Assembly (NCBI GenBank): GCA_963666205.1 | Contig: OY762654.1 | Location: forward strand, 2,016,001 to 2,080,000 | Reading direction: 5' to 3' | DNA length: 64,000 nucleotides | From: Synergistales bacterium | GTDB lineage: Bacteria > Synergistota > Synergistia > Synergistales > JAFGMB01 | Part shown: positions 29,565 to 39,152 of the stretch, piece after piece | How positions within the stretch are numbered: the stretch's first letter is position 1 | Layout of the letters: the number at the start of each line of letters is the position of its first letter | Made by a program: the position numbers and the translations under genes | The notes under the pieces: generated by a model | What the model was told of the DNA's origin: nothing | What the model saw: only the letters and a program-made list of their open reading frames with translations | The model's database searches: none

Positions 29565-30239
29565 ATGAAAATGAAGATACTCTTCGTAATACTATTGGGT
29601 ATAACCCTTGTATTTCCTGTTCTATCTCCCGGTTATGCCGGTCCCAAACAGGGGAAGCCCGAATATGAGAAACGGGAGGATAAACGGGAAGACCGCCATG
29701 AGGATCGCCTTGAAGAAATTGTCGTACGGGAAGTGGTAAGGGGATTGGTTAGGGTACTTACAGCACCTGACAGGCCTTATGGAGAAAGGGTAATAATCGT
29801 AGATAATTCTCAGAAGAAAAAAGTTATTGAAAATAAAGATCGCGTGGTTGTCCTGGTAGCCGATGATGATTTCCAGATCGAAGTTGACGAAGGGACAGAA
29901 GTGGTCAATATAAACAGGGGAACAAAGGTTGAGGTCGAAGAAGGAACCCAGATCATCGTAGCAGGAGATAATAGGGAAATAGAGATAGAAGAGGGAGCAA
30001 CACTTCTTGTCGTAAGGGACTATCCTGCGATAATACCCAGATCTTCTCCGGTGATGGTTAGAGTTGTAACTGTAAGATCCAGGCCCGTGGTTTTAAGGCG
30101 CCCTGTCAGGTTTATACATGTTTATCGTAATTATGAATGTCGCGACTATCATCGTTACGACAGGGTAGTGATCAGGCCAAAGGTCAAAATACAGCATAAT
30201 AATAAGGTGAAAGTTAAACATTATAAAGTTTATTACTGA
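29565..30239 (+). CDS. Secreted hypothetical protein with internal beta-strand repeats
   Basis: RBS GAGGTG, signal peptide, and three (I/V)E(V/I)(D/E)EG repeats. Confidence 0.75.
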   Translation: MKMKILFVILLGITLVFPVLSPGYAGPKQGKPEYEKREDKREDRHEDRLEEIVVREVVRGLVRVLTAPDRPYGERVIIVDNSQKKKVIENKDRVVVLVADDDFQIEVDEGTEVVNINRGTKVEVEEGTQIIVAGDNREIEIEEGATLLVVRDYPAIIPRSSPVMVRVVTVRSRPVVLRRPVRFIHVYRNYECRDYHRYDRVVIRPKVKIQHNNKVKVKHYKVYY

Positions 30240-30397
30240 TCTGGAGGATGATCCATAAGGTTTCTGCTGATTTTCCAGTGTTTCTTGATTCAATCTTCAG
30301 ATTAAACCGGAAATATTAAATTACCTCCCTGAAAGTTGCTGATAATGTGATTTTAGTATATGCGACTTTCTTCTCTCATTTCACAACATCCTCATTA

Positions 30398-30429
30398 AAG
30401 GAGGGGACCTTTTAAAGGGTCCCCTCCTT
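30398..30429. terminator. Hairpin between convergent genes (likely bidirectional terminator)
   Basis: AAGGAGGGGACC / GGTCCCCTCCTT stem. Confidence 0.7.
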
Positions 30430-30461
30430 CTGCATCTATTTATTATTCAGTCAGCCCTTCA

Positions 30462-31391
30462 CTATCCCTGGCAGCAGGAACTGTCTTTCCTGCCGACGCT
30501 GCTTGCGGCGAGGTGGCTCATGACATGAAGTCCGTAGGACTCCATGTCTCTGGCAACCGAGACGGTTTTGAGAAGATCTACACCGGTATTGACCCCTATC
30601 CTGTCAAGGAAGTTGACAAGATCTTCAGTAGCTGCGTTCCCTGCTGCACCTGGAGCAAACGGGCATCCTCCAAGACCGCCAGCAGCGGAGTCAAAACAGT
30701 TGAATCCAAGATGTAAGGCTGCCATTGTGTTTACCATTGCCATTCCATGGGTATCGTGTAGATGAAGGTAGAAGGGATAGTCCCCGTATTTCTCCCTTAC
30801 CAGGGAGAGGGTCCTTGTCACTTCGGCCGGGTCTGCTGTTCCGATGGTATCAGCCAGAGTTACGCCCTGAACTCCAATTTCAAATATGGCATCGAGAACT
30901 TTTGTTACCACTTCAGGAGCAACGGCTCCATCAAAGGGACATTCAAAGGCGGTAGCCACGGAAACGCAGAGTTTTGTATCTCCCTTTATTGCGGCGACTC
31001 TTCTGAGCTCCTCCAGGGATTCTTCCACGGTCCTCCGGGTATTTGCCCTGTTGTGGGCCTCACTTGCGGACAGCACGAAGTTGATCCAGTCAGGATCTGT
31101 TTTGAGGGCATTCTCGGCACCTCTGAGGTTAGGTATGAGTACTACGGATTCGACCTTGCCCTTCCATTTCCTGTTGAACTCTTTCATTACTTCAGATGCA
31201 TCTGCTAACTGGGGAATGGCTTTAGGGCTCACAAAGGAAGTGACTTCCATTATGGATACACCTGTTTCAGCAAGGGCATCTATGAATTTCACCTTATCTT
31301 CTGTAGGTATAAATTCTTTAACACTCTGGAAACCGTCCCTGGGGCAAACCTCACGAACAGTTACTGAGCGCGGTATCTGCATGTCCATCAT
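30462..31391 (-). CDS. Hydroxymethylglutaryl-CoA lyase family (DRE-TIM metallolyase)
   Basis: EVCPRDGFQ, LADTIG, HLHDTHG and GGLGGCPFAPGAAGN motifs. Confidence 0.9.
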   Translation of the reverse strand: MMDMQIPRSVTVREVCPRDGFQSVKEFIPTEDKVKFIDALAETGVSIMEVTSFVSPKAIPQLADASEVMKEFNRKWKGKVESVVLIPNLRGAENALKTDPDWINFVLSASEAHNRANTRRTVEESLEELRRVAAIKGDTKLCVSVATAFECPFDGAVAPEVVTKVLDAIFEIGVQGVTLADTIGTADPAEVTRTLSLVREKYGDYPFYLHLHDTHGMAMVNTMAALHLGFNCFDSAAGGLGGCPFAPGAAGNAATEDLVNFLDRIGVNTGVDLLKTVSVARDMESYGLHVMSHLAASSVGRKDSSCCQG

Positions 31392-32587
31392 CAGAGAACA
31401 CCTTCTCCTTCAAGTTCTTTGACCTTTTCCGCGTCGAGGCCGAGAAGTTCGCCAAGGATTTCGACATTATGCTGTCCAAGAAGGGGAGCGGGAGTCCTGA
31501 CTGAAGCCGGGGTATCGGAAAGCTTGATATGGCTTCCGGTTACGGTGAGGTCTCCAGCAACAGGATGATGGGTATTGACGAACATTTCCCTGGCTTCGGC
31601 TATATGAGGATCCTTTACGATCTTATCGATGGTCATTATGGGGGCGCAGGGTACACCTGCTTTATTTACAAGGTCAAGGACTTCCTCCACGGTACGTTCC
31701 ATGGTCCATTCTTCAATAATGGCTTTGAGTTCTTCGTGTCTTTCTATCCGATCCTGAACTTTGATGTATTCCGGGGCTTCTGCAAGCTCTGGTTTTCCCA
31801 TGGCTGCGCAAAAATTCTGCCATAGTTTGTCGTTCCCTGCTCCAATTACAAGGCTGCCATCGGAAGCCCTGAAGGAATCGTAGGGATAGGTGGATTCATA
31901 TCGGTTGCCTATCCTCTGGGGAACCCTTCCTTCTACAAGGTAGATCATATTGATGATCTCGAGGCTGGCGACAGCGGAATCTACAAGGGCCACATCCACC
32001 TTCTGTCCCACACCGTTAAGATTTCTTGAATTTACAGCAGCTAGAATTCCGATGGCGCAGGAAAGTCCTGCCAGAACATCTCCCATTGCAGTTCCGGTGC
32101 GGGTGGGCTCTCCGCCCGGCCACCCTGTAGTGCTCATGAGTCCGCTCATAGCCTGAGCAATAATGTCATAGCCCGGCCGCATCTTATAGGGGCCGGTATG
32201 TCCGAATCCTGAAATGGCGGCATAAATGATGCCAGGATTTACTTTCTTCAGATCTTCATAACCGATACCCAGTTTTTCCATTGTCCCTGGCCGGAAATTT
32301 TCTGTCACGATATCCGCTTTCTTGACCATTTCCAGGAAGAGTTCCTTACCCCTTGGATCTTTAAGATTCAGGGTCATTCCTCTTTTATTCCTGTTGAGGT
32401 TCATGTAGTAGGCACTTTCACCATTTTTGAAGGGGCCCATTGCCCGGGTATCATCGCCTTTGCCAGCCTGTTCGATCTTGATAACATCGGCACCCATATC
32501 AGCAAGCATCATAGTACAGAAGGGACCTGCCAATACCCTTGTAAGATCCAGTACCTTAAGATTTGTTAGTGCACCCTTTAGCGCCAT
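31391..32587 (-). CDS. CaiB/BaiF family III CoA transferase
   Basis: LDLTRVLAGPFCTMMLADMGADVIKIE, LNRNKR, ENFRPG, GYD and APLLGQH motifs. Confidence 0.92.
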   Translation of the reverse strand: MALKGALTNLKVLDLTRVLAGPFCTMMLADMGADVIKIEQAGKGDDTRAMGPFKNGESAYYMNLNRNKRGMTLNLKDPRGKELFLEMVKKADIVTENFRPGTMEKLGIGYEDLKKVNPGIIYAAISGFGHTGPYKMRPGYDIIAQAMSGLMSTTGWPGGEPTRTGTAMGDVLAGLSCAIGILAAVNSRNLNGVGQKVDVALVDSAVASLEIINMIYLVEGRVPQRIGNRYESTYPYDSFRASDGSLVIGAGNDKLWQNFCAAMGKPELAEAPEYIKVQDRIERHEELKAIIEEWTMERTVEEVLDLVNKAGVPCAPIMTIDKIVKDPHIAEAREMFVNTHHPVAGDLTVTGSHIKLSDTPASVRTPAPLLGQHNVEILGELLGLDAEKVKELEGEGVL

Positions 32588-32696
32588 CAATTTCCACACC
32601 CTTTCATGTAATTGTTACGATGATCAATCTTCATTTAAAAGATCACCGGAAGCTCCCTAAGCATCCGGAATAGAACTATTTCACCCTGTATTTTAT

Positions 32697-33392
32697 TTAC
32701 CCTGTTCGTGCAGATGTTGACCCCTGCTCCTTTTCAACCCTTCTTACAAAATAACTGTAATGTCTTTCTGACCGGAGTTTCTCGAGGTCCCCCTCCTCCA
32801 GGCAGTCCAGGATATTGTAATGAAGTCTTACCGTTTCGGTCAGTTCTTCCAGTTTCTCCAAATGTCGGATAAGAACGAACTGCATCTGGCAGTAAACACT
32901 GGAAAGTATTTTTGTTGTCCATTCTCTTCCTGAAAGTTCTGCGAGTGACATATGAAATTCCAGGTCTTTTTCACTGAAGTCTACTATTTTCGAATCCCTG
33001 TCCCTTTCGCTTTGACATATTGCCATAAGTTCGTCCAGCATGGATGCGAGACGGTCTCTTGCAGCGGGTGAAAAGAGCTTTTTTTCGATGATCCTATGGA
33101 AAATGGAGTTTTCAAGAGTTATTCGGAGTTCGTATAATTCCTCTATTTCAAGGGGAGAGAATTCCCTTATCTGGACACCCTTTCGGGGAATAGTTTTCAC
33201 AAGCCCGAAGGATTCGAGCTGCTTAAGGGCTTCTCTCACTGGAGCCCTGCTTATGTTAAGATCTTTGGCCAGCTCTCCTTCCCGAAGGAAGTCACCTTCC
33301 TTGAATTTAGTAGAAAGCATGAGCTGATGTTTCAGGTAATCGGTAACCTTGCTGGTGATGGTCTGATATTCGGGAAAGGTATTTTCTGCCAT
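32697..33392 (-). CDS. GntR (FCD) family transcriptional regulator
   Basis: LAKDLNISRAPVREAL HTH and DLEFH FCD motif. Confidence 0.9.
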   Translation of the reverse strand: MAENTFPEYQTITSKVTDYLKHQLMLSTKFKEGDFLREGELAKDLNISRAPVREALKQLESFGLVKTIPRKGVQIREFSPLEIEELYELRITLENSIFHRIIEKKLFSPAARDRLASMLDELMAICQSERDRDSKIVDFSEKDLEFHMSLAELSGREWTTKILSSVYCQMQFVLIRHLEKLEELTETVRLHYNILDCLEEGDLEKLRSERHYSYFVRRVEKEQGSTSARTG

Positions 33393-33416
33393 TGGAAGAC
33401 CTCCCGGGGAGTTTTA

Positions 33417-33475
33417 GTCGCCAGTATTTAGTCGACCGTCGACCAAAATTATATATCTATATTCTTTAATGTCAA
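33417..33475 (-). promoter_or_regulatory. Consensus sigma70 promoter with tandem GTCGAC operator
   Basis: Minus-strand TTGACA (33475-33470)-N16-TATAAT (33453-33448). GTCGAC-C-GTCGAC at 33431-33443 and GTCGCC at 33417-33422. Confidence 0.65.
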
Positions 33476-33668
33476 TGGATGGAAGAGAGAACTTTGTATC
33501 TATGAATGTACAAAAAGACGTCATTTCAGCGTAGGAGGAGATAATGTCCTGTGCCATTTCAGGGAAATAATTGACATGGCCTATCTATCAATGGGCATAC
33601 GGGTATCCTCAACTGCTGGTTTTATTTTTTTAATAAACAGGTAGAATATTATTCTTTAAGTTAACCTT

Positions 33669-34187
33669 TTGCTTTTTCTGAATGTTTCAAACATGCTTTA
33701 CGAAATATATCCATGGGGTAATACACTGGAGAAGTTCATTCTGACGGGGACAGAGATCAGGGAGACCCTTGAGATATCGGCTTCTGCTCTGAAGAGTTCG
33801 TCGGATAACTACGATCCTGCGGAGCGGACTCCTTCGGGCGGTTTTCTTCAGGTCTCAGGACTTCATGTCGTCTATGATCTTGAAAAACAACCTGCATTGA
33901 TCGATAACAATTCCAGAATACTCAGGGCAGGGAACAGGGTTGAGAGAGTCGAGGTGTTTGCTTCCGATGGGGAATGGGTACCGTTGAGTTCAGATGAGGA
34001 ATATACTGTGACCACTAACAGCTGGACTGGAAGCGGTGGAGACAAACACTATATCTTTGGAAATAAGAATGGACACGATACCCACATTAAAGACGTGCAG
34101 GGACTGGTGGAGTACATTGTTAGCGTCGAGAACGTTATGGATGTTTCCGTTGACGGAAGGATCACCCTGAAGGAGACCGGAAAGTAG
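33669..34187 (+). pseudogene. 5'-nucleotidase C-terminal domain fragment (N-terminally truncated)
   Basis: YEIYPWGNTL, LTG.EIRETLE, GGFLQVSGL, YTVTTNSWTGSGGD and DGRI motifs. No catalytic domain, signal peptide or RBS upstream. Confidence 0.7.
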
Positions 34188-34204
34188 ACACGGTAGAAAA
34201 AAGT

Positions 34205-35347
34205 CTACCCATTATCCTTTTTCAGGATACTTCCGATCCACCAGGCGCCTATGAGAGCGGTCAGAGGAACGGTCATAAGTAATCCGGCGGTACCGGCAAG
34301 TCCTCTTACTAGTTCTGCTGATATCAGGGGATCGTTGAGGACACTCCATAAAACCGGTACATGATAGGTAATTAAAAGGGAAATGACCAGGGAACTTCCG
34401 AAATAGGCAAGTATCAGGGTGTTGATCATGCTTCCAAGGATATCCTGACCAACGCTGAGTCCAGCCTGTAAAAGTCTTAAAGTGGATATTTCAGGGTCGT
34501 AGTCGTACATTTCAGCCATGGTTGAAGTTACCGATATGGATACGTCGAGAACAGCACCTATGGCACCAATTATCACCGAGGCAAGAAGGATACCTTTCAT
34601 TGAAATGTCTGGAAGGATGCTTGCCAGCAGGGTTCCACCCTCAACTTCTATCCCCGTAAGCTGCCACAGGTATATGGAGAGCCATCCGAGCAGGGACGCC
34701 GCGGTAGCTCCGCCTACGGCTCCAAGAAAGGCTATAGGCCAGTATTGCTTTTTCTTGAGAACCAGGGCCACGGTTAGAGCAGATATTCCCGCAACGGAAC
34801 AAATAGCTACTACCAGTGGAGAATGTCCTCCAAGCATCATGGGAAGGGCCCACTTAGTGAGGACAGCCAATGAAAGCACAAGACCAAGGATGGCCCTTGT
34901 CCCGTCCACTCCGCTGAGAGCGCATATTGCCAGGGCTAAGGTTACGACGAAGGCACACACCAGGGGAAAACGGAACCTGTCACTGACCGAGAAGAAAGAG
35001 CTGCCGTCATCGAAGCGGTCAACAGTCAGAATATATTTTCTTCCCCTGACAAATTCCAGTTGACTGTTTACCAGATGCTCCACGGTTACAGGAAAGGTCT
35101 CTCCCTGGTTTTCACCGGTGAGAAAGGATACCACCAGTTTATACTGTTCTGTTTCCCATCCAGGTTCATCTGGTTCATCCTCAGCCATTTTTTCTGTTTT
35201 TTCATAGCCCTGAAGGGTTACCAGCCAGCTGTCTTCGTAATCCCATGTAGAGATGATCCAGTTTTCTGCCAGCTTTGCCGAGGTAAACCCTGCCGTAAGT
35301 AACAGGAAGAGCAGTATTAGAGCCCTTGATTTTCTATTTAGCTTCAT
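34205..35347 (-). CDS. YibE/F family membrane protein
   Basis: IGAIGAVLDVSISV, GQDILGSMINTLILAYFGSSL and GLLMTVPLTA motifs. Confidence 0.88.
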   Translation of the reverse strand: MKLNRKSRALILLFLLLTAGFTSAKLAENWIISTWDYEDSWLVTLQGYEKTEKMAEDEPDEPGWETEQYKLVVSFLTGENQGETFPVTVEHLVNSQLEFVRGRKYILTVDRFDDGSSFFSVSDRFRFPLVCAFVVTLALAICALSGVDGTRAILGLVLSLAVLTKWALPMMLGGHSPLVVAICSVAGISALTVALVLKKKQYWPIAFLGAVGGATAASLLGWLSIYLWQLTGIEVEGGTLLASILPDISMKGILLASVIIGAIGAVLDVSISVTSTMAEMYDYDPEISTLRLLQAGLSVGQDILGSMINTLILAYFGSSLVISLLITYHVPVLWSVLNDPLISAELVRGLAGTAGLLMTVPLTALIGAWWIGSILKKDNG

Positions 35348-35534
35348 AGGTGTATTACCTGCCTTTTCCGATCCTTTTCAATGATCCAGAATAAAATTCT
35401 AGCAGATGGTTCCATTTTTGTGACAAATGGTTACAATATTATATATCGAGTTAGCTGTTTAAAGTCATTCGATATTCTTGCGAAGTTTTACATTCGAGAT
35501 GTAAAGAACTATCCATACTATAGGGGGGATAATC

Positions 35535-36359
35535 TTGAAGAAAAGAATTTTATTGCAAAGATCGGGTGTTCTGGTTTGCGCAGTTATTCTGCTTACGATG
35601 ATATGGACACCTGTCCTGGCGCAGGAATATAGCGCAAAGGACCTGAACGAACAGTTGGTGATGGGTACCCTGTGGTACCAGCGCTCGGCCGAAATGAGGG
35701 CTCTTTCATACCAGGCCTTTAACATGGCGAGGCTGGTTTTCGATCTTGATCTGCAGAAGGGACCATCTTCAAAAACCAGGGCTGTGGTGGTCGATATAGA
35801 CGAAACCGTTCTTGACAATAGCCCTTACGAGGCAGGTCTGGTGGGGATGGATTACGGATACCCCAAAGGGTGGGATGAATGGATCTATGCGGCCCGGGCA
35901 GAAGCACTTCCAGGAGCAGTCGAATTTCTTCGCTATGTCCGGGAAAAGGGGGGAGATGTATATTACATCTCCAACAGAAAGGACAAATTTCACGATGCCA
36001 CCGTCAGAAACCTCAGGAAGCTTGGTTTTCCCCAGGTTGATGAGGAACACCTTCTCCTTAGAACATCTACATCTGACAAGGCCCCCAGGAGAAACAGGGT
36101 TACCTCGGATCACAACATAATCATCCTTATGGGTGATAACCTTAACGATTTTGATAATATCTTCAGTGGAAAAGCCATGGATGTCAGAATGGCAGCGGTA
36201 GATCTGATGAAAGAACACTTCGGATCGAATTTCATAGTCCTTCCTAATCCCATGTACGGTGACTGGGAAGGTGCTGCCTATAATTACAACTGGGGACTTA
36301 ATGATAAGGAAAAAAGCGACACCAGGAAGAAAGCCCTTATAACCTGGAACCTGCCATAA
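35535..36359 (+). CDS. Class C acid phosphatase / 5'-nucleotidase, e(P4) family
   Basis: VDIDETVLDNSPY, YISNR, MGDNLNDF and LPNPMYGDWE motifs. Signal peptide present. Confidence 0.92.
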   Translation: MKKRILLQRSGVLVCAVILLTMIWTPVLAQEYSAKDLNEQLVMGTLWYQRSAEMRALSYQAFNMARLVFDLDLQKGPSSKTRAVVVDIDETVLDNSPYEAGLVGMDYGYPKGWDEWIYAARAEALPGAVEFLRYVREKGGDVYYISNRKDKFHDATVRNLRKLGFPQVDEEHLLLRTSTSDKAPRRNRVTSDHNIIILMGDNLNDFDNIFSGKAMDVRMAAVDLMKEHFGSNFIVLPNPMYGDWEGAAYNYNWGLNDKEKSDTRKKALITWNLP

Positions 36360-36371
36360 TGTTTTTCATAA

Positions 36372-36396
36372 GGGCCGAGGGAGAGTCCTTCGGCCC
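36372..36396 (+). terminator. Stem-loop after the phosphatase gene
   Basis: GGGCCGAGGGA / TCCTTCGGCCC stem. Confidence 0.5.
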
Positions 36397-36532
36397 GGCC
36401 CTCTCCAGGTTCAATTGTCCCTTATGGATCATACAATAAGGGTGAACTTTACTTCAGTAAATGTTATGATTGATTAAGGTAGATAATCACAGAGCTGGTC
36501 TACACCTTTAGTAATGAAGGAGGTCTTTCAAG

Positions 36533-37531
36533 TTGATCAGAAAAACAGGAGTTCTGCTCTTAGCGGTAATGCTGTTAGTCTCATTTGCAGGTTCTGCATT
36601 TTCCAAAGATATAAAGGCGGCCATGGTAACGGATGTCGGGGGCATAAACGACCAGTCATTCAACCAGTCAGCCTGGGCCGGGATGGAGAGAGCCAGGGAT
36701 GAACTGGGAATTGAAGTGGTCTACATGGAGTCAAACCAGGAAGCGGATTATGCTCCAAACCTGGAGACCCTTTATGACCAGGAAAATGACCTGATCTGGG
36801 GAATAGGTTTCATGATGGGGGATAAGGTCCGGGAAGCAGCAGAGATCAATCCTGAACAGAAGTATGCCTGTATAGACATGTTCTATCAGGATCCTCCGGA
36901 GAACCTTGTCGGGGTTAACTTCAAGGAACAGGAATGTTCCTTCCTTGTGGGATATATTGCAGGGAAGATGACGAAGGTTAACAAGGTTGGTTTTGTGGGT
37001 GGAATGGATTTTGATGTTATCCATCGCTTCCACTACGGTTTCATGGCAGGAGTAAAAACAGCCAACCCGGAGTGTGAAGTCCTTGTCCAGTATGCCGGAG
37101 CCTTTGATGATGTCACCAAAGGGAAATCCATTGCTAACCAGATGTATCAGAAAGGAGCAGATATCGTTTTCCATGCAGCCGGATTTACCGGAACCGGCGT
37201 CATTGAAGCTGCAAAGGAAAATAAAAGATATGCCATTGGAGTGGATATGGATCAGAATTTCCTGGCTCCAGACAATGTAATAACCTCTGCTGTCAAAAGA
37301 GTCGATAATGGTATTTTTAACGTGACCAGAGATCTTAAGGAAGGCAGATTTGCCGGCGGGGGAAACGTGGTTTACGGTCTTGCTGAGGGTGGGGTAGATA
37401 TTGCTCCTACCTCTGACAAACATGTTCCAAAGGCTATCCTGGATGAAGTGGCCCTTCTGAAGAAGAATGTAATTTCCGGAAAGGTAAAGGTTCCCGCGAA
37501 CAAGGCTGAGTATGAGGAGCTTTTTAAGTAG
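36533..37531 (+). CDS. BMP family nucleoside ABC transporter substrate-binding protein
   Basis: TDVGGINDQSFNQSAW, ADIVFHAAG, AIGVDMDQ and TSAVKRVD motifs. Confidence 0.92.
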   Translation: MIRKTGVLLLAVMLLVSFAGSAFSKDIKAAMVTDVGGINDQSFNQSAWAGMERARDELGIEVVYMESNQEADYAPNLETLYDQENDLIWGIGFMMGDKVREAAEINPEQKYACIDMFYQDPPENLVGVNFKEQECSFLVGYIAGKMTKVNKVGFVGGMDFDVIHRFHYGFMAGVKTANPECEVLVQYAGAFDDVTKGKSIANQMYQKGADIVFHAAGFTGTGVIEAAKENKRYAIGVDMDQNFLAPDNVITSAVKRVDNGIFNVTRDLKEGRFAGGGNVVYGLAEGGVDIAPTSDKHVPKAILDEVALLKKNVISGKVKVPANKAEYEELFK

Positions 37532-37613
37532 AAAATAGCAGGTAATAGCAGGAGGGACAGTTCATCTTTAACAGAGCTGTCCCTCTTTACATTTCCATAG
37601 TGGGGGTACTCCA

Positions 37614-39152
37614 TTGGCGGATGTTGATTTTCCTGATATAACCGTTGAAATGCGTGCCATTGTCAAGAAGTTTGGAAACCTTGTGGCCAATGACCATATA
37701 GATCTTACTGTACATAAAGGCGAGGTTCATGCCCTTCTTGGAGAAAATGGTGCCGGCAAGACAACTCTGATGAACGTTCTTTATGGACTATATCAGCCTA
37801 ACAGCGGAGAGATCTTTATCAAAGGCGATAAGGTAGAGGTCGCAAATCCGAATATAGCCATTTCTCGTGGAATAGGTATGGTCCATCAGCATTTCATGCT
37901 TATCCCTCCCTTTACTGTGACTCAGAACATCATACTCGGAAAGGAAACTTCGGGTCCCTTCGGTATTCTTGATATTCAGAAAGCAGCAGAGGAAGTAAGG
38001 GCCATTTCGGAACAATATGACCTGTATGTAGATCCCTGCCAGAAGATCGAGGATATTTCAGTAGGGATGCAGCAGAGAGTGGAGATCCTCAAAGCCCTTT
38101 ACAGGAATGCAGATATCCTTATTCTCGATGAGCCTACCGCAGTTCTGACCCCCCAGGAAATAAGGGAGCTCATCAAGATCATTCGCAATCTCACATGCCA
38201 GGGAAAAACTGTTATCCTTATTACCCATAAACTCAGAGAGATCAAACAGGCCGCCGATTACTGTACCATTATCAGGCGGGGGAAAAGGGTCGATACGGTG
38301 GAGGTTGAGAAGACCACGGAGCAGGAACTCGCTTCCATGATGGTGGGCCGTTCTGTGAGCTTCTCTGTAAAAAAAGAAGCCCGTATCCCCGGAGAAGCTA
38401 TCCTGCAGGTAAAAGATCTTGTGGTAAGGGATAACAGGAACCTTAAGGCTGTTGACGGACTTTCCCTGGAGGTTAGAAAGGGTGAGATACTTGGACTGGC
38501 AGGGGTGGACGGTAATGGCCAGACAGAACTGGTGGAAGCTCTCATAGGACTGCGCAGAGTGGAATCAGGTGGTATCTTTGTCCATAAAAGAGATGTCACT
38601 AACATGGATCCAAGAAAAATAATCGACAGTAAAGTATGCACTATCCCCGAAGATAGACAGAAAAGGGGTTTGGTGAGTGATTTTACAGTGGAGGAGAATA
38701 TTATCCTCGAAAACTTTGACAGAAAACCCTTCTCAAGCGGAGGGGTTCTTAATTTTCAGGCTATAAGGGATTATGCCGGGAAATTGATAGATACATTCCA
38801 GATAAGTCCCCCTGATGGAACTGTCAGGGCCGGGACCCTTTCAGGAGGTAACCAGCAGAAAGTAATAATAGCCAGGGAAGTGTCAAATGATCCGGACCTT
38901 CTCATAGCATCCCAGCCGACCCGTGGTCTTGATGTCGGTGCCATAGAGTATGTTCACAGTTCTCTGGTGGCCCAGAGGGATAAAGATAAGGCCGTTCTGC
39001 TTATATCGCTGGAACTGGATGAAATAATGGACCTTTCAGACAGGATAGCTGTTATCTATGAAGGGAAGATCGTTGGGATCGTAGATGGACTGGACGCGGA
39101 TGAGAATACCCTTGGTCTTATGATGGCAGGCGGAGGTCAGGAGAATGGGTAA
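37614..39152 (+). CDS. Nucleoside ABC transporter ATP-binding protein (CUT2, double ATPase domain)
   Basis: GENGAGKTT, GMVHQHFML, LDEPTAVLTPQE, LSGGNQQK and PTRGLDVGA motifs. Confidence 0.92.
   Translation: MADVDFPDITVEMRAIVKKFGNLVANDHIDLTVHKGEVHALLGENGAGKTTLMNVLYGLYQPNSGEIFIKGDKVEVANPNIAISRGIGMVHQHFMLIPPFTVTQNIILGKETSGPFGILDIQKAAEEVRAISEQYDLYVDPCQKIEDISVGMQQRVEILKALYRNADILILDEPTAVLTPQEIRELIKIIRNLTCQGKTVILITHKLREIKQAADYCTIIRRGKRVDTVEVEKTTEQELASMMVGRSVSFSVKKEARIPGEAILQVKDLVVRDNRNLKAVDGLSLEVRKGEILGLAGVDGNGQTELVEALIGLRRVESGGIFVHKRDVTNMDPRKIIDSKVCTIPEDRQKRGLVSDFTVEENIILENFDRKPFSSGGVLNFQAIRDYAGKLIDTFQISPPDGTVRAGTLSGGNQQKVIIAREVSNDPDLLIASQPTRGLDVGAIEYVHSSLVAQRDKDKAVLLISLELDEIMDLSDRIAVIYEGKIVGIVDGLDADENTLGLMMAGGGQENG

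Noticed and set aside
33533-33570. Strong AGGAGGAG RBS followed by an 8-codon ORF (MSCAISGK)
   Set aside because: Too short to support, and it does not connect in any evident way to the nucleotidase fragment.
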